The notes under the pieces were generated by a model, which was given only the letters and a program-made list of their open reading frames with translations, was not told the DNA's origin and did not search any database. From Parasitella parasitica NRRL 2501 (taxonomy: Eukaryota > Fungi > Mucoromycota), in contig MU619276.1 in the NCBI GenBank assembly GCA_025201805.1, positions 141,369 to 205,368 of the forward strand: DNA of 64,000 bases, written 5' to 3'. The position numbers and the translations under genes were made by a program. Numbering within the stretch: the first letter of the stretch is position 1; each line of letters begins with the position of its first letter. Below are positions 10,713 through 23,760 of the stretch, in pieces.

Positions 10713-10750
10713 GGAATCAGGGTTCTAAAAGGATTTGGTCTAGATATACA

Positions 10751-11365
10751 ATGGGTGCCTACAAATATTTGGAAGAGCTTGCTAGAAAGAAGCAATCTGA
10801 CGTCTCTCGTTTCTTGCTCCGTGTCCGTTGTTGGGAATACAGACAATTGAACGTTATCCACCGTGCTTCTCGTCCTTCTCGTCCTGATAAGGCTCGTCGT
10901 TTGGGTTACAAGGCCAAGCAGGGTTTCGTCATTTACCGTATCCGTGTCCGTCGTGGTGGTCGTAAGAGACCTGTCCCCAAGGGTGCTACCTTCGGTAAGC
11001 CTGTCAATGAGGGTGTTTCTCAACTCAAGTACCAACGTTCTCTCCGTTCCACTGCTGAGGAACGTATTGGCCGCAAGTGCGCCAATCTCCGTGTCTTGAA
11101 CTCCTACTGGGTTAACCAAGACGCTACTTACAAGTACTTTGAAGTTATCCTCGTTGATCCCTCTCACAAGGCTATCCGCCGTGATGCTCACATCAACTGG
11201 ATCGCCAATCCCGTCCACAAGCGCCGTGAAGCCCGTGGTCTTACTGCCATCGGTAAGAAATCTCGTGGTCACGGAAAGGGTCACCGTTTCAACAACACCA
11301 AGGGCTCTGGTCGTCGTGCCACCTGGAAGCGCCGCAACACTCTTTCTCTTCGTCGTTACCGTTAA
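10751..11365 (+). CDS. RPL15: 60S ribosomal protein L15 (eL15)
   Basis: [18 protein letters not shown]...[15 protein letters not shown]...LSLRRYR; true ATG at 10751; probable 5'UTR intron 10490-10743. Confidence 0.97.
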   Translation: MGAYKYLEELARKKQSDVSRFLLRVRCWEYRQLNVIHRASRPSRPDKARRLGYKAKQGFVIYRIRVRRGGRKRPVPKGATFGKPVNEGVSQLKYQRSLRSTAEERIGRKCANLRVLNSYWVNQDATYKYFEVILVDPSHKAIRRDAHINWIANPVHKRREARGLTAIGKKSRGHGKGHRFNNTKGSGRRATWKRRNTLSLRRYR

Positions 11366-11565
11366 AGAGTCGCTTTGTAGCATGCTTCTCAGCATTAATA
11401 AACTATATTTTTTGTTTAAGCTCTTTTTAACGCATATATTGTCTGTCATTTGAATTTGGTATTTTCACATGCGATTTCAGTGGATGGACTGTGTTTACCA
11501 CATCATGTTAAATCCATTGACATAGGTTCCTTTTCTTCCCCTCTTCTTTCCTGATAACAATCCTC

Positions 11566-12812
11566 ATGTCTGTCCCTAAACTTGAAACCATCGAAATTGT
11601 CCTGTTTCCCAACGGTGTTGCTGAAATCGCTCACAATAGACCCAAGCGTTATAACGCCCTCTCTCCTCAATCTTATAGAGTAGGCGATACGGGGAGTGGA
11701 TTGACTTGCGTGTGTTTTAATGCCTTGTCTTTTGGTTTAGGATTGGCTCACTGCTTTCAAATGGGCAGCAAATGACGACAATGTCAAGGTAGTTGTTCTC
11801 ACTGGACGTGGCAAGTTCTATACTTCAGGACAGGAGCTTTCGCTTCCGGATTTGAGCGATGGAGACATTGAGGAGGAAATGAACCGTAGAAGACAGACGA
11901 CAACGTAGCTATACGTGCCAATCCAACAATGGCTGCCTACTAACACAGCGCATTATATTATAGTGATGTCGTATCAGAAATGATCAAATTCCCTAAACTT
12001 CTGATCGGTGCTGTCAACGGTAATGTATTAACGATGGGGACGTGGAAGAAGAAAAATTCTTGTTTATGCAATACCCATACTAAAATATACACAGGTACAA
12101 GCATTGGCTTTGGTACAACCACTCTTGCCCTGTGCGATGTCGTCTATTCAGTCTCTGAAGCCTCTTTCAGCACTCCATTCATGAAGCTCGGTAAGCGAAA
12201 AAGTTTGTGGTTCGAGGCGAAATTGCGCTTACAATGGATGTATTCATTGCAGCTTTCTGTGCTGAAGGATGTTCTTCACTCTTATTTCCAAGGTATAAAC
12301 CCAATTAAATATAATCATTGGTTTGCTAACATAACAACGCAACTGGTTAGAATTATGGGCCCATCAAAGGCTAACGAGATGCTGGTGAGTGGGGTTTTAT
12401 TTGCATACGATAGACCTTCTTATATCTCACACAAGAAAAAAAGCTGATGGGAAGAACATTCTCTGCTCAAGAATTGGTTGATTGCGGATTTGTCAGTCGA
12501 ATTATTCCCACAGACGGATTTCGTGAAACTGTCTTGGGATTGGCGGGAGATGCAAGCAAGTTTTCGACAGAAGCTCTAAAGGTGACCAAAGATCTTATCA
12601 AGGGCGTTGATCGAGATTTGCTTGAGCAAGTCAATCAAAAAGAAATGACAACATTAGGTGATCGCATGGCCAGCAGCGATTCAGTTGAAAGCATTATGCG
12701 ATTTTTAGGTAAATTTTAAAGATATGTTTTGTAAAAGACGTTGATTAATGTGAATGTGCTTTTAATAGAGGAGTCTGCTGCCAAGAAGGCTGCTAAAAAG
12801 GCAAAGCTATAA
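11566..12812 (+). CDS. Peroxisomal delta3,delta2-enoyl-CoA isomerase (crotonase family), multi-exon
   Basis: NRPKRYNALS, FYTSGQEL, FPKLLIGAVNG, FSTPFMKLAFCAEGCSS; last exon ends KKAKL* (PTS1). Confidence 0.88.
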
Positions 12813-13428
12813 TAGGTTTTTCAAGGAGAAAAGCGGATTCAATTCGTTAATAAATATTGATTTTATTGATATTCCATATCATTAAAATATCATTATGTAC
12901 CACCTATGTATATCATAGATACTCCAAAATAAAAAAGCAAACACACATTTGTATATGCTTATGATAGTATGATCCGTACATGAGCATGTAAACAAAACTT
13001 ACATGTAGTAAAAAAAAATAAAAAATAAAAAAAAAAAAAAATACTTGTCCTGAATTTGACGTTTTCTGTGTATAAACCATTGCTTTTGTAAATACATAAA
13101 ACAAAGCGCGGTAAATATAGCTTATTTTTCTGTTTTTAAACCACATCTTGAATGACGAAAAAAGAATTTCATTGTATGTACGTAATATATATAACGTAGA
13201 TTGAACAAATATCGAAAAGTAGTACATATATAAAAGCAAAATAGAAGATCTGACATGCATGGTTTTTGCTACCTCCTCTCACTCAGAACCCCCTTACACA
13301 ACAGCAGCGTTGCACCTTCCTTGCAGTGCGTTTTTCCCCTATGATTTTTTTTTTTTTGTTGGTCCTTCGTTTTCGCTCCCTTTCTTTAGCTTTTTTTAAA
13401 TCAATCTCAAAGAAAAATCAAATAAATA

Positions 13429-14227
13429 ATGAAGGTCACTGTTGCTGGATTTTTGGTTGTTTGCGCCGCTGCTTCTATTTCAGCTCAACAGGTCAATAAC
13501 ACTGCTCCATCTTCTTCATCTGCTGCTGTTCCTCCTGTTGCAGCTGCTACTACTGTCAGCGTTCCTATTGCTGTACCAACTACTGTGTCTGCATGTGCTG
13601 TTCAAAGCACGTAAGTAATTCGCAAAGACTCTTTTGCCAAAATCATGTCTGATCTAAATTGTTTGATTAGATTCGAACTGTGTTTGCAAAACGAAGACAA
13701 TTACATCAAAACCTGTCAAGAACAAGGTAATCATCGCTAATATGTTATTTCTCGGGCAACTGCTTAGTGTAACGCTTTCTTGTATTTTTTTTTTGTAGAT
13801 TTTGCCTGTTTGTGTAGAGTGAGTCATATGTATACTCCTAAATGTACTTTCAAATCTAACTTGTAGTATAGTGGAATAAGGAGAAGTTAACCTGCTGGAA
13901 TAACTGCCCTAATGATGAAGGTTTTGCTAGACAAGAAGGCGTTGTTTCCAATTTCTGCTCCATGCCTGGAGCCAATGTGTAAGTAAATTGCAGTCGCCAT
14001 TGGTTATTCAAAGATTCACAAAATGTTGCAAATTTAGATCGATTGCCCCATGGACCAGTACCATTGCTTCTACTTCCACCCCAATTCTTCCCACAAGCGT
14101 TGTTGCAACCTCTGCTACTGCTGTGCCTACTACCCCTACAAATAAGCCCTCAAGCGCTTCCATTTTGACTATGAGTCAAGGAGCTCTCACTCTGGCTGGT
14201 GTTGTTGCCGCATATATGCTCTTTTAA
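13429..14227 (+). CDS. Secreted GPI-anchored Ser/Thr-rich protein with 8-Cys domain, multi-exon
   Basis: Signal peptide; spliced core CAVQSTFELCLQNEDNYIKTCQEQDFACLCRWNKEKLTCWNNCPND...NFC; S/T-rich stalk; hydrophobic C-terminus. Confidence 0.8.
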
Positions 14228-16195
14228 TAATAAGATAACATTGAGTCAAGAAATTTTCTATACACTATTATAATTACCAATAGCTAATTATCATTACAAC
14301 ATCGCCTGGACCACCAACCCACCCAACCCCTTAACACACACGCACACAAACACATTTTCTCATTTTTTTTGATTGTTGTTACACTCGTCATTGATTGGTT
14401 TTTCTTTAATTGCCTTGAACAAAAATCATCAAAAACAAAACAAAGGAAGAAAGAAAAAGGTGGTTTTTTTTTAAGAAAAAAAAAACCAAAAAAAAAACCA
14501 TTTAATTTCTTTTCTCTTTCTTTTTTTTTCTCTATGTAATCATTACTTATTTAATACATATATAATTTTCCTGTTAATCAATGTATACGGAATTACTCTT
14601 ACTTTTTCGTGTGCATACAAAAAGATGCAACAATATCAATATAGGTAGATGATACTGGGCTTTGTATTTTTATTTGGTGGCAGCAGTATGATTACACTAC
14701 TCAAAAAAAAAAATAACCCATGTATAATCAGTTCCAAGTGATTTGTTGCTACATTTATTAATTTATACTATATGGCTTCTCTTTTTTAATTTGGTTCTAA
14801 TCAAACAAGACAGTAGCGTACACGTAGTACAGATTTTTATGTTACATCTGTTTTTAAGAAAGGATCAGCCCGTATTATTGTAAAAAGCACCAAAAAGCAG
14901 ATCAAAAAAACGGAGTGCTAACATCTGCTGTCGATCTGCTGTTTGAATCACCGCTCAGGAACGGAAGCAATGGTATGCTGAAAAACTTCTTTGCATAGAC
15001 ATGCTCTTTGATGTAGAAATGCCAAAGTTAAAAGTTAAACAAAGGCACGTGAGATTTTTTTTTTGCTTATTGTGTAAGTATAGATGTTAGTCTCGAAACG
15101 TATCAATCATAAAAGGAAACAAATGTTTATGATTGTGTGTATATTTATTCACGGATGCCACCATTTGTTTATTGCAAGATGCAACGGTTAGATAACCTCA
15201 AACAACATAGAAATAAACAAACTGTCCAATTCGCCAGGTTAATGTTTATGTGTTTATCATACACAAGCGTCTATGTTATGGTGTCAGGTGCTACAAAGTT
15301 TGAGGGGACGAAGGGACATGCATTTAACAGGTTTTTTTTTTTGGCGAACGTCTACACAAATCAATACTTTCAGCTTGGATGGTCCAGCATACAGACATGA
15401 AAGTTAAGGAATTGAAGCTTATTAAAGCTGTGGATATGAATATTATTATCACTTGTGCTTATTGTTAGATGCATCATAAGATAACATGGAAGCCCTCGTC
15501 ATTACTGTCAAAAAACTAGTCCATAAAATTAGCTCTCCATTTCAGAGGTTTATCCGTCTTTAAATGAGGCACATTGCATATATGTGGAAATATCAATAAA
15601 TACTGCTTTATTTGTAAAATAAAGAGAGGCGTTTTTATATATGCGTACTCTACAAAAGAAAACTATCTTACAATACCACAACACGAAGTAGGTCTTCGCT
15701 TACCTGTTCACAGTAGCTCGGTACAGCAGATATTTGCATCTAGGTAAACATTTTAGATATAGTACAAACTATGAATTGTCGTCAACATAGTCTCTTGTTA
15801 AACATCGAGTTGGATGCTATCTATTTATACAGGAAAAAGGAAGGCAATTGTATTGAAATGCATGTTCAGTGTATATATGATACAATACGTTAAATCAGCT
15901 GCTGGTTAGCAAAAAGTTTAAAATAGAAATAAGCCTGGCGGCTCTTTTATTATTCACTCAATTGGCTATCGACTAAGCCCAAGCAAGGAGCTCCGTAGAA
16001 GCTTCGCCAAAAATGACAATATAGGAGAGAACACTAAATGCGGCAGGGTATATATCTACATAACTATATGCATGGGACCTAATGTGATGTGCATATACAA
16101 ACATAATATTAAGTATATAAGAGAAACTATTAAATCGCTCAATTTTCATTTTTTTCTGAAGAGCTTTACATCTTATCTGAACATTTCTTTTGATA

Positions 16196-17737
16196 ATGAG
16201 ATTATCAAATAGCGTGCTTATTGTGTCATCAATTGTGGCCATGGTAAAGGCCTCCCCCTACTATGGCAGTGTTTATGGAGAACCTAAATTGCCTAGTGTT
16301 TCATTTCCCTGTGGAGATGATATTCCTAATGTAATAACACATAAAAGTATATCAGAAATCTTGACGCTAACCACACTTATTGTAGTGGGTTGCGAATATT
16401 GGCATAGGTATAATCATTCAAGACATTTTATGTGAATAAAATATAACAGTTGAAATTAATCCTGAGTTTTTTTTTTTCAGGTACGCCTAGGCAGACAATG
16501 CCATTACTCTTAGATACTAGTAGCAGTGCAACTTGGGTTGCCGGCGTCCAGGTATATAAACTTTATATTCGTATATATTCACTTTTTATATAAACTTACA
16601 ATTATTCAAATATTTTTGCACAGTGTCCTTCCAATTTCTGTACTACAAGACAGTGCTCGTTATTTGATGCTGGAAAGTCTTCAACTATTACAAACTATTA
16701 CGTAGAAGAAACTTTTAGATATGAAGAAGGGTCTGTTGATACAACCCTGTACAGCGTAATGCAACTAAGCTCGTGTACAAGATTACTCCCTTTTCTTACT
16801 TATTTCGAACATAGGATAACTTGTACGTCGACAATTTTGAGTTTGAAGACTTCGAATTTGGAAAAGCCTTTGAAGTCCATGGATTCAACAAATATTCAAC
16901 CTACGGTAAGTCCTTCAAAATATCTCTCAAATATATGGCCTACTAATTCACTTTTTTTTTTTTTTTTAATACATACATTTAAAAGCTGGCATTTTGGGTC
17001 TTGGTGATGACTCCGAATTTGAATTCGTTAAACGAGCCGATGAGCCAGAAGGGAGAAAAAGCCGAAAAAAATCAAACCACGGTGAAAATTCAAAGATTGC
17101 CGAGAGAGCCTCTTTAAGAGGTGGTAGCGATAGAGTTGCGAAAAATGAGAGAGGTGTCAGTGACGAAAGACAATGCCGATTCACTATTGGGCTTGATGAA
17201 TCTATCCAAGGCGACATTGCTTGGCTTGATTTTCCAACCTGCGATTACGGACCAAGTCCCTACTGGAAAGCAAAATTGAAGTGTGTCGAGATTGGAGATC
17301 TCATTACTTTAGGATTCGATAAAACCGTAGCTTTGTTTGATACCAGTGTCCAAAACATCCAAGTGCCTCACAAGGACATTGCCATAATTCATCAAGGATT
17401 GGCTGCTCAATACAATCAACAGTCAAATCAATATGAATTCCCATGCTGCAATGCAAAAGAACTGAAGTTTTCGTTTGAAAAGTACGATGTTACTCTGCCT
17501 GTGAAGGCCTGGACCAGACAAGTGGGAGAAGATACCTGTACAGACATCTTTGAGGTCCGTGAGCCCAGCCAATTTGAAGACAACAATACTTGGAGATTAG
17601 GAACAAAATTTATGATTAATTTTGTAACAATTTTGGATAGAGAAGAGAGACGAACCGGATTGGCATTAATTGCAGACAATGCAAATGATGGCCTAAAAAT
17701 CAAAGCCAACATGCAAACGCCGAGTGATGCCTATTAA
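16196..17737 (+). CDS. Pepsin-like (A1) aspartic-protease-fold secreted protein with atypical active-site motifs, 6 exons
   Basis: Spliced: signal peptide, WVANIGIGTPRQTMPLLLDTSSSATWV, CPSNFC, FDAGKSST, GILGLG, ALFDTSVQNI, WRLGTKF. Confidence 0.78.
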
Positions 17738-18212
17738 AGAAATATCAAATTTTAGTACAAAATTAAAACAACTCTAAACAAATTTTAGACATGTTGAGCA
17801 TCTTATTGCTTTGAATGAAGTGTAAAATGCTCGCCTTTTTCTGTACAAGAGAGTGGGATATTCACACAATCATATCCTTTATATAGTGTCTTTATGATAA
17901 ATAATATTTGTAACCACCAATGTGCCTCTCATGCAATTTATGTATCTTTCTAGCCGATTCAAGACTTTGAAAATCATGTCCACCAAGAAATTAGCTGATA
18001 GAAAAATCAACCATTATCAGCAACTTTCCACGAGGTTTCAATAGTAAATACATGCTTTCTGAAGAGTCGAAACGCTCCCAACAGCTATAAAATAGTGCCA
18101 GCAGAAACATGTCCTTAATATTCATGTATTGAATTTTAATAAAATCCGTTTTATAAAGCTTGAGAGCAAACTGAAAACGAAACAAGGTTCATTTTTGAAA
18201 GTTGTTTTCTAG

Positions 18213-21200
18213 CTAATCATTAATTAAGTTTGGGCCAGATTTTTGATGATTTACCAAGCTAGAGCACTTTTCTAACGCATGCTCTGTAGCTTGTATTTTG
18301 TTGAATGAAAAGATAATCTTACAACCTTGGCAATACCAATACGTCTTGATATGTACGGGAATTGAGTCGACAGTAGGAGGAATAGCCGAGGCACAAGATG
18401 GCATGTCAATACTATTATAATAAAGGTTAGGAGTAACTTGTATGCCAGTTCGGACAACTGTATAAAGGTTAGTTCAAGGTATTTGATGAGTCTACATTTG
18501 TCAATACCATCTTTTGGTTTCCACTCTCGCGGATACGTTTGCTCATTTTCCTTTTTTTCGCTAGAGTCTATATATTTGGGATACTATTCAGAACATTTAG
18601 TGTTAATTCATACAAATATGTAAACCAGCTTGCCATCTTTAATAGTTCAGATGCTTTGGCAGCATTCAAATCTGCGGAAATTGATGTATCCATAAATTCG
18701 ACTAATCTCCCTACACATAACAATCTGTCGGTATAAACGATATATAATTATAATTTTCAATTCGATACTTGCTATTGAGGGATTGCATCTGTAGCTGATA
18801 CTTTTCTTCTGTGTCTGGAGTCCACATATCAAAAAATTCGTTAGTTGTAGAAGCTTCCTTTTGTTCATCTAGTATTTGTTGAATAGTCAATGGAAGTGTG
18901 CTCTTAATTGATGGACTAATAACAAAATTTTGGGCGTTCTCATTTATAGACTAAAATGACCGGCCACACAGTTAGCCGTGATAACCATTTACTAAAAGCT
19001 GCTGCATACCTCTCCTAAACCACTACTGATACGAAGGTTCAACAAACGATTCCATTCATGGCGAAGTTTATACGCCAAATAAGTGACATATTCTGCAACT
19101 TGGGATGTTTTAAAACGCATTATAAAGTAAGAATCAACCACCACAACACTGCAGTCAAAGTTCAAGTCGACTTTCAAAGATGCTCAGTATTCAAGCATTG
19201 TATATCATATTGTGTTATATGCACTTACTGACTTTTCCAAAGAGGAGCAGAGTATGGATACCTAATCCGAAGATCAGAACCTAAAGTCTATAGCTAATTC
19301 GCCTAATTAACTTGCCTGGAACTCTGGTTATATTCACTAAAAATGGCTTGTTGGTTTCCAACAATTGCAAGTAGCATAAAAGCTGTTGGTCCATAGAATC
19401 TTCGACGGTTTGGTCGTCTGTCAAGCTGTATCAGTCGGTGCTGGTCTGAAAGGATATCGTAGACTTACCTTTTCTGGTATTTTTATCATGTCCTTGTACC
19501 CATTCGGGGTGAGAAGCAATAACACTGCTAGGGTGAATGGATAAAAAATTTTTAGCTGGATGTTGTAATTAGTACATGATAGACTTTCTGTAAATAACTC
19601 GAATTACCGGGCATTTGAAATAGAATCTCATTGCTTTTCCTATGTGGGTTGTGCTCATCCCCAATAGCTAATTGTGGATATAATGACGAGCAAAGGATTA
19701 GCTTGATTAGCTGTATCTCTCTGTCCGACAAAGAGTATGCTCGCGATTGAAGTTGTCTAATATTATTTGCAAGCGAAAATTCTAAATCACGGATGTCTCT
19801 ACTGTCCAGCTCATCTACAGTTTTATCGTTTTATCAGCTATTGCATACTTTTTTTTATATATATCGTATAAACGGTAGTCAACTTGCCATTGATACTTTC
19901 GTCAAGTGTGTTTTCCATTTGTAAGAATCGACGCTTTTTACTAGACCTTTCATCGTATCGTTCTCTCCGAAGTTGTTCTCGAGCATTGTTTTTTGAAGAC
20001 CTGTCTTCGTCCTCCCTGCCAGAGTCATCGTCATCGTATATTGATCGCAGTGACTCCAGCAATCCAGGTTGGAAATCATTCAGTACTTTTTCGAACTGTC
20101 TCTTCATTTTGGCTATCTATAACAACAGATTAGATGGACGTACTGTTTATGATTTCTTTGTGGCGCAGAATCATCTGTACCTCGTATAATCTATGCTCTT
20201 CAACTAAATGTTCTTTGCACCACTTGCGCGACGACATCTGATTTAATCTGTTTGATTTGCATGCTCACTGTCACCAGAAAATGCCAATATTACCTTGCTT
20301 CCCTTGATTTCAATCCATTGCTGCCAAAGATTAAGCATTGTAAACGGATCACCATCCTTGGAGTCGAATTCGCTTTTATTCTATCATACATCGAGTCAGA
20401 TCACACAGAAACGTCCACGTAAAATGTATTATATACTTTTAAATATTCTCGGTTGGTATTTTGAGTCACCCTGGTAAATGGAGATTGCACACTCATATTC
20501 GCAGCAATTGTCAAGATAGGATCCACAATGTTAAAGACCTAAGTACCACCTTTAGTATTTTATATGTCTCCAAAATACTTGTTATATATATATATGTGTG
20601 TGTACCACGCCTAAAATCAGCATTTTGCCTACGATACAATCAACTGGAAGCTTGGATAAAACTGAGCCTAGTCCCAACAGATTTTCTTCTACGTCAATTG
20701 CGCCAAGGTTAAATAGAAAGTCCATAGACGAGTTGATGAAATCCACGGAAGGAGCCTATTTACGACATCTTGGCTAAGAATCATTTCCAGAGCTTTGTTT
20801 TCTCTCTCATGCATCTACCTCAATGTAATCAAATAACCTAGGATTGCCTAATCCCATTGACTTGATTTGGAGCAGAAGAGGGTCCAGCGTTTCTCTCTGT
20901 ATTTCAGGTATCGCGAAATCATGAAAATGGCTAAACTCATTTTCAGAGTAGAATCGAAAGCATTCTCCAGGCCCCGTCCTGCCTGCGCGACCTGTCCTTT
21001 GCTTTGCACTTGCTTTAGAAATCCAGAATTCAGAAAGCCGGCTTAGCTTTGAAGCAGGATCGTGATTCATTTCCTTTACTTTTCCTATATTTTCGTGAGC
21101 TGATTGCGCAAGTATCCGGCTTGGGGGGGGGGTTATATACCTGAATCAATGATGAAGCGGATACCATCAATCGTGATGCTAGTTTCAGCACTAAAGCACG

Positions 21201-23363
21201 GTAGGCATCAAATATGTGTTCAATGGTGCAAAATGACTATGACTTACATGTTTGAGCTAATAATGCATTTACGTATGCCTTCTGATGGAGAATCGAATAC
21301 TTTTTCCTGGTCTTCAACTGTCAACGAAGAATGTAGCATGAGGACAACCCATTTCCTACATTAACAATGAGAATTATTGCACATTTATTCTCCAAGTACT
21401 ATGTAGCTTACTTTGTCTTTTGCGCATACGTGTTTAATTCCTCAGCAAGTGTGGCAATCTAAATATATTACTGACTAGGTATCTAACACATTAATATTGT
21501 AGAAGAAGATTTTACCTCATTGATACCAGACATAAAGATCAAAAGATCACCTCTTTCATTTACTGGTACAGACTGATCTATGTATTCCAACACTTTAATG
21601 TATGGATCTGTGGGTCCTTATTAGTATGCGTTTGCCAATCTGGCTCATCAACAAGTGGGGGTAAACATACCAGCTTTAACCATGGATGATCTGCTAGGGA
21701 TTGATCTCTGTAAGGCAGAAATTACTAAGTTGAGGCAATGTTACAAATATCAAGTTGCTCGACGTACCTTGACTACGTCTGATTGTCGTTTTCTATGAGC
21801 TGCTTCATCGACCAAGTTTTTATCTTCTTCTTCGAATGGCCAATAATGAACCTTGACGCTATACATCTTTCCTGGTATCTTTGCAAGGTTAGTCTATTTA
21901 AATGACCATTCAATTGGGGTGTGTGTCTTAGTCATCTTACCACTAGTGTTGGAGCGTCAAAATACTGAGCAAACAGTTCGGCATTGATGGTGGCACTCAT
22001 CAAGACAACGTATAAATCCTTTCTTTGCAAAAGGGTCTTTTTCAGTAAGGCAAGCAGAAAGTCGCCTATTATGGCGGATTTAGAGCTGTCTTCCATTTCC
22101 GCTAGCACGCTGCACTTACCCATCATATGTCGCTCATGAACCTCATCGACCACAATAACATCATACATGGACAACATGTTGTCTGTAGCATATTGTCGCA
22201 AAAGTAGCCCCTAAAGCAAGCCAGTGTTATGTAACCATCTCATGTTTATGCCAGTGTTTTGTGCAAATAATGTCTTACTTCGGTCAGAAACAAGATGCGA
22301 GTTCTGCTGGTTTTGGTTCCTTCAAATCGAACTTGATATGCAATTTTTGATCCGTACTCATTCATCGTTTCGTAGCTAAATATGCATGTTTAAACAATAA
22401 ATTTTCACATGTATGTAGTAAGGAAGAAACCAAGCAATTTACCTCACTCGCCTTGCCAAGGATGAGCATGCAATTCGTCTTGGTTGAGTACATGCAATCT
22501 TGTTGAATCCAGCACTCATCAAAATTTGTGGAACTTTTTTTTTTTTTTTTTTTTTTTATCAACAATGATGAATATATTGGCCCAAGCCATCACAAATTAA
22601 CTCACCTTGTGTGCTCTTGCCACAGCCCGTATCGCCAGCAATCAGCAAAACTCTATGCTGCTTGAGTGTCTGTACGATTGCATTAGCAAAAGGGGTGACA
22701 GGAAGAGCAGCTTTGGTTTCTTCAATCTTTTTTTTCAACCCTTGTCTTTTCTTGCTTTGGAAATCTTGAAATAAAACCAGCGTATGCCGTATCATTTCGC
22801 CTTCCTGACGAACAATGTTCATGCGACCAGCCAGTGTAGATTTTTGGAGAGTTTTCCCATCACAAACACTTTGTTTAAGCTTGAGGTAGAAACCTAAAAT
22901 CAATGGCACTCTTCTTTCAATTATCTGCTCGTATTTTTTAGTATGTAGACATGTATATCAACCTTCAAATTCATAGTAAATGGTTGATCCAGTTGGTATC
23001 AGCCAAGACACTAGCCCACGGTTCCTGCGTGAAAAAAATATATTGTCTGTCTCTTCTGTCCAAGCCCTGCTCGAGCCCAAGTCGTAGAATGAAGACTCTG
23101 TCTCAGTCTTTTTTTCTTTCAGATATGCTTGGGCTTCTTTCAGTGCGTCTCTGTTCTTTGCTGGGTCATTTGTCTACACACATACACTGTACTTAGATCA
23201 AAGAGCCCGTGCTTGGGATGAATCAAAAATTACTTACAATTGCTTTCAAATCCCAACGTTTTCTTTTGAAAGCTTCTTCGTTTCTGACCAACGTCCCGTC
23301 GATGCTGTATCTTTCTTGCGGTATGTATTCTGCCCTTCTTTTCCGATTCCTGTCGTAGCTCAT
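18213..23363 (-). CDS. DHX34: DEAH-box RNA helicase DHX34-like, many exons
   Basis: [48 protein letters not shown]; N-terminal [10 protein letters not shown]...ALPV and C-terminal YWYCQGC...EH resemble DHX34. Confidence 0.8.
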
Positions 23364-23760
23364 TATGGAGGCAATGTGTTGATGGTGCACAACTGTTGAC
23401 GATTTTATTTTCATGTAGAGGATGTGATGAGTCGCTCCCCCCGGGCCGGATAGAGCCATGTTGCTACATTCGTGCGCCGAAAAATCTGTGAGGATTTGGA
23501 AAAAAAAAGGCAAGTATATGGTCAAGAGGAGCATGCCAAAGCTATTGATCCTCCTCTTTTTTTTGTACTTTGTACTTGGTGAGTAGTGATTTTTTTATTT
23601 TTTTTAGAAGGGATGTCATGCATAGTAAATGGGATGGATCGATACGGATGGGATTGTAGACATTAAGGATGGATTCAAATACGGATGGATTTTTTTTCTG
23701 TGCTGTTCTGAACATTGGACTTACGCTTATATGTGATATCTCACTACTAGGAATTTAATC

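Noticed and set aside
10529-11449. Long antisense ORFs over RPL15, and likewise over RPL10 (23866-24366), galactokinase, H3 and H4
   Set aside because: Shadow ORFs caused by strong codon bias in highly expressed genes; no recognisable domains.
14300-16150. Long intergenic region with a small inverted repeat (AGCAGATC...GATCTGCT near 14896-14940)
   Set aside because: No tRNA, rRNA or snRNA hallmarks; the repeat is short enough to be chance.
23579-23750. Intronic C/D snoRNA in the ribosomal-protein 5'UTR introns
   Set aside because: A CTGA is present, but no convincing RTGATGA box C with a terminal stem or rRNA complement was found by eye.
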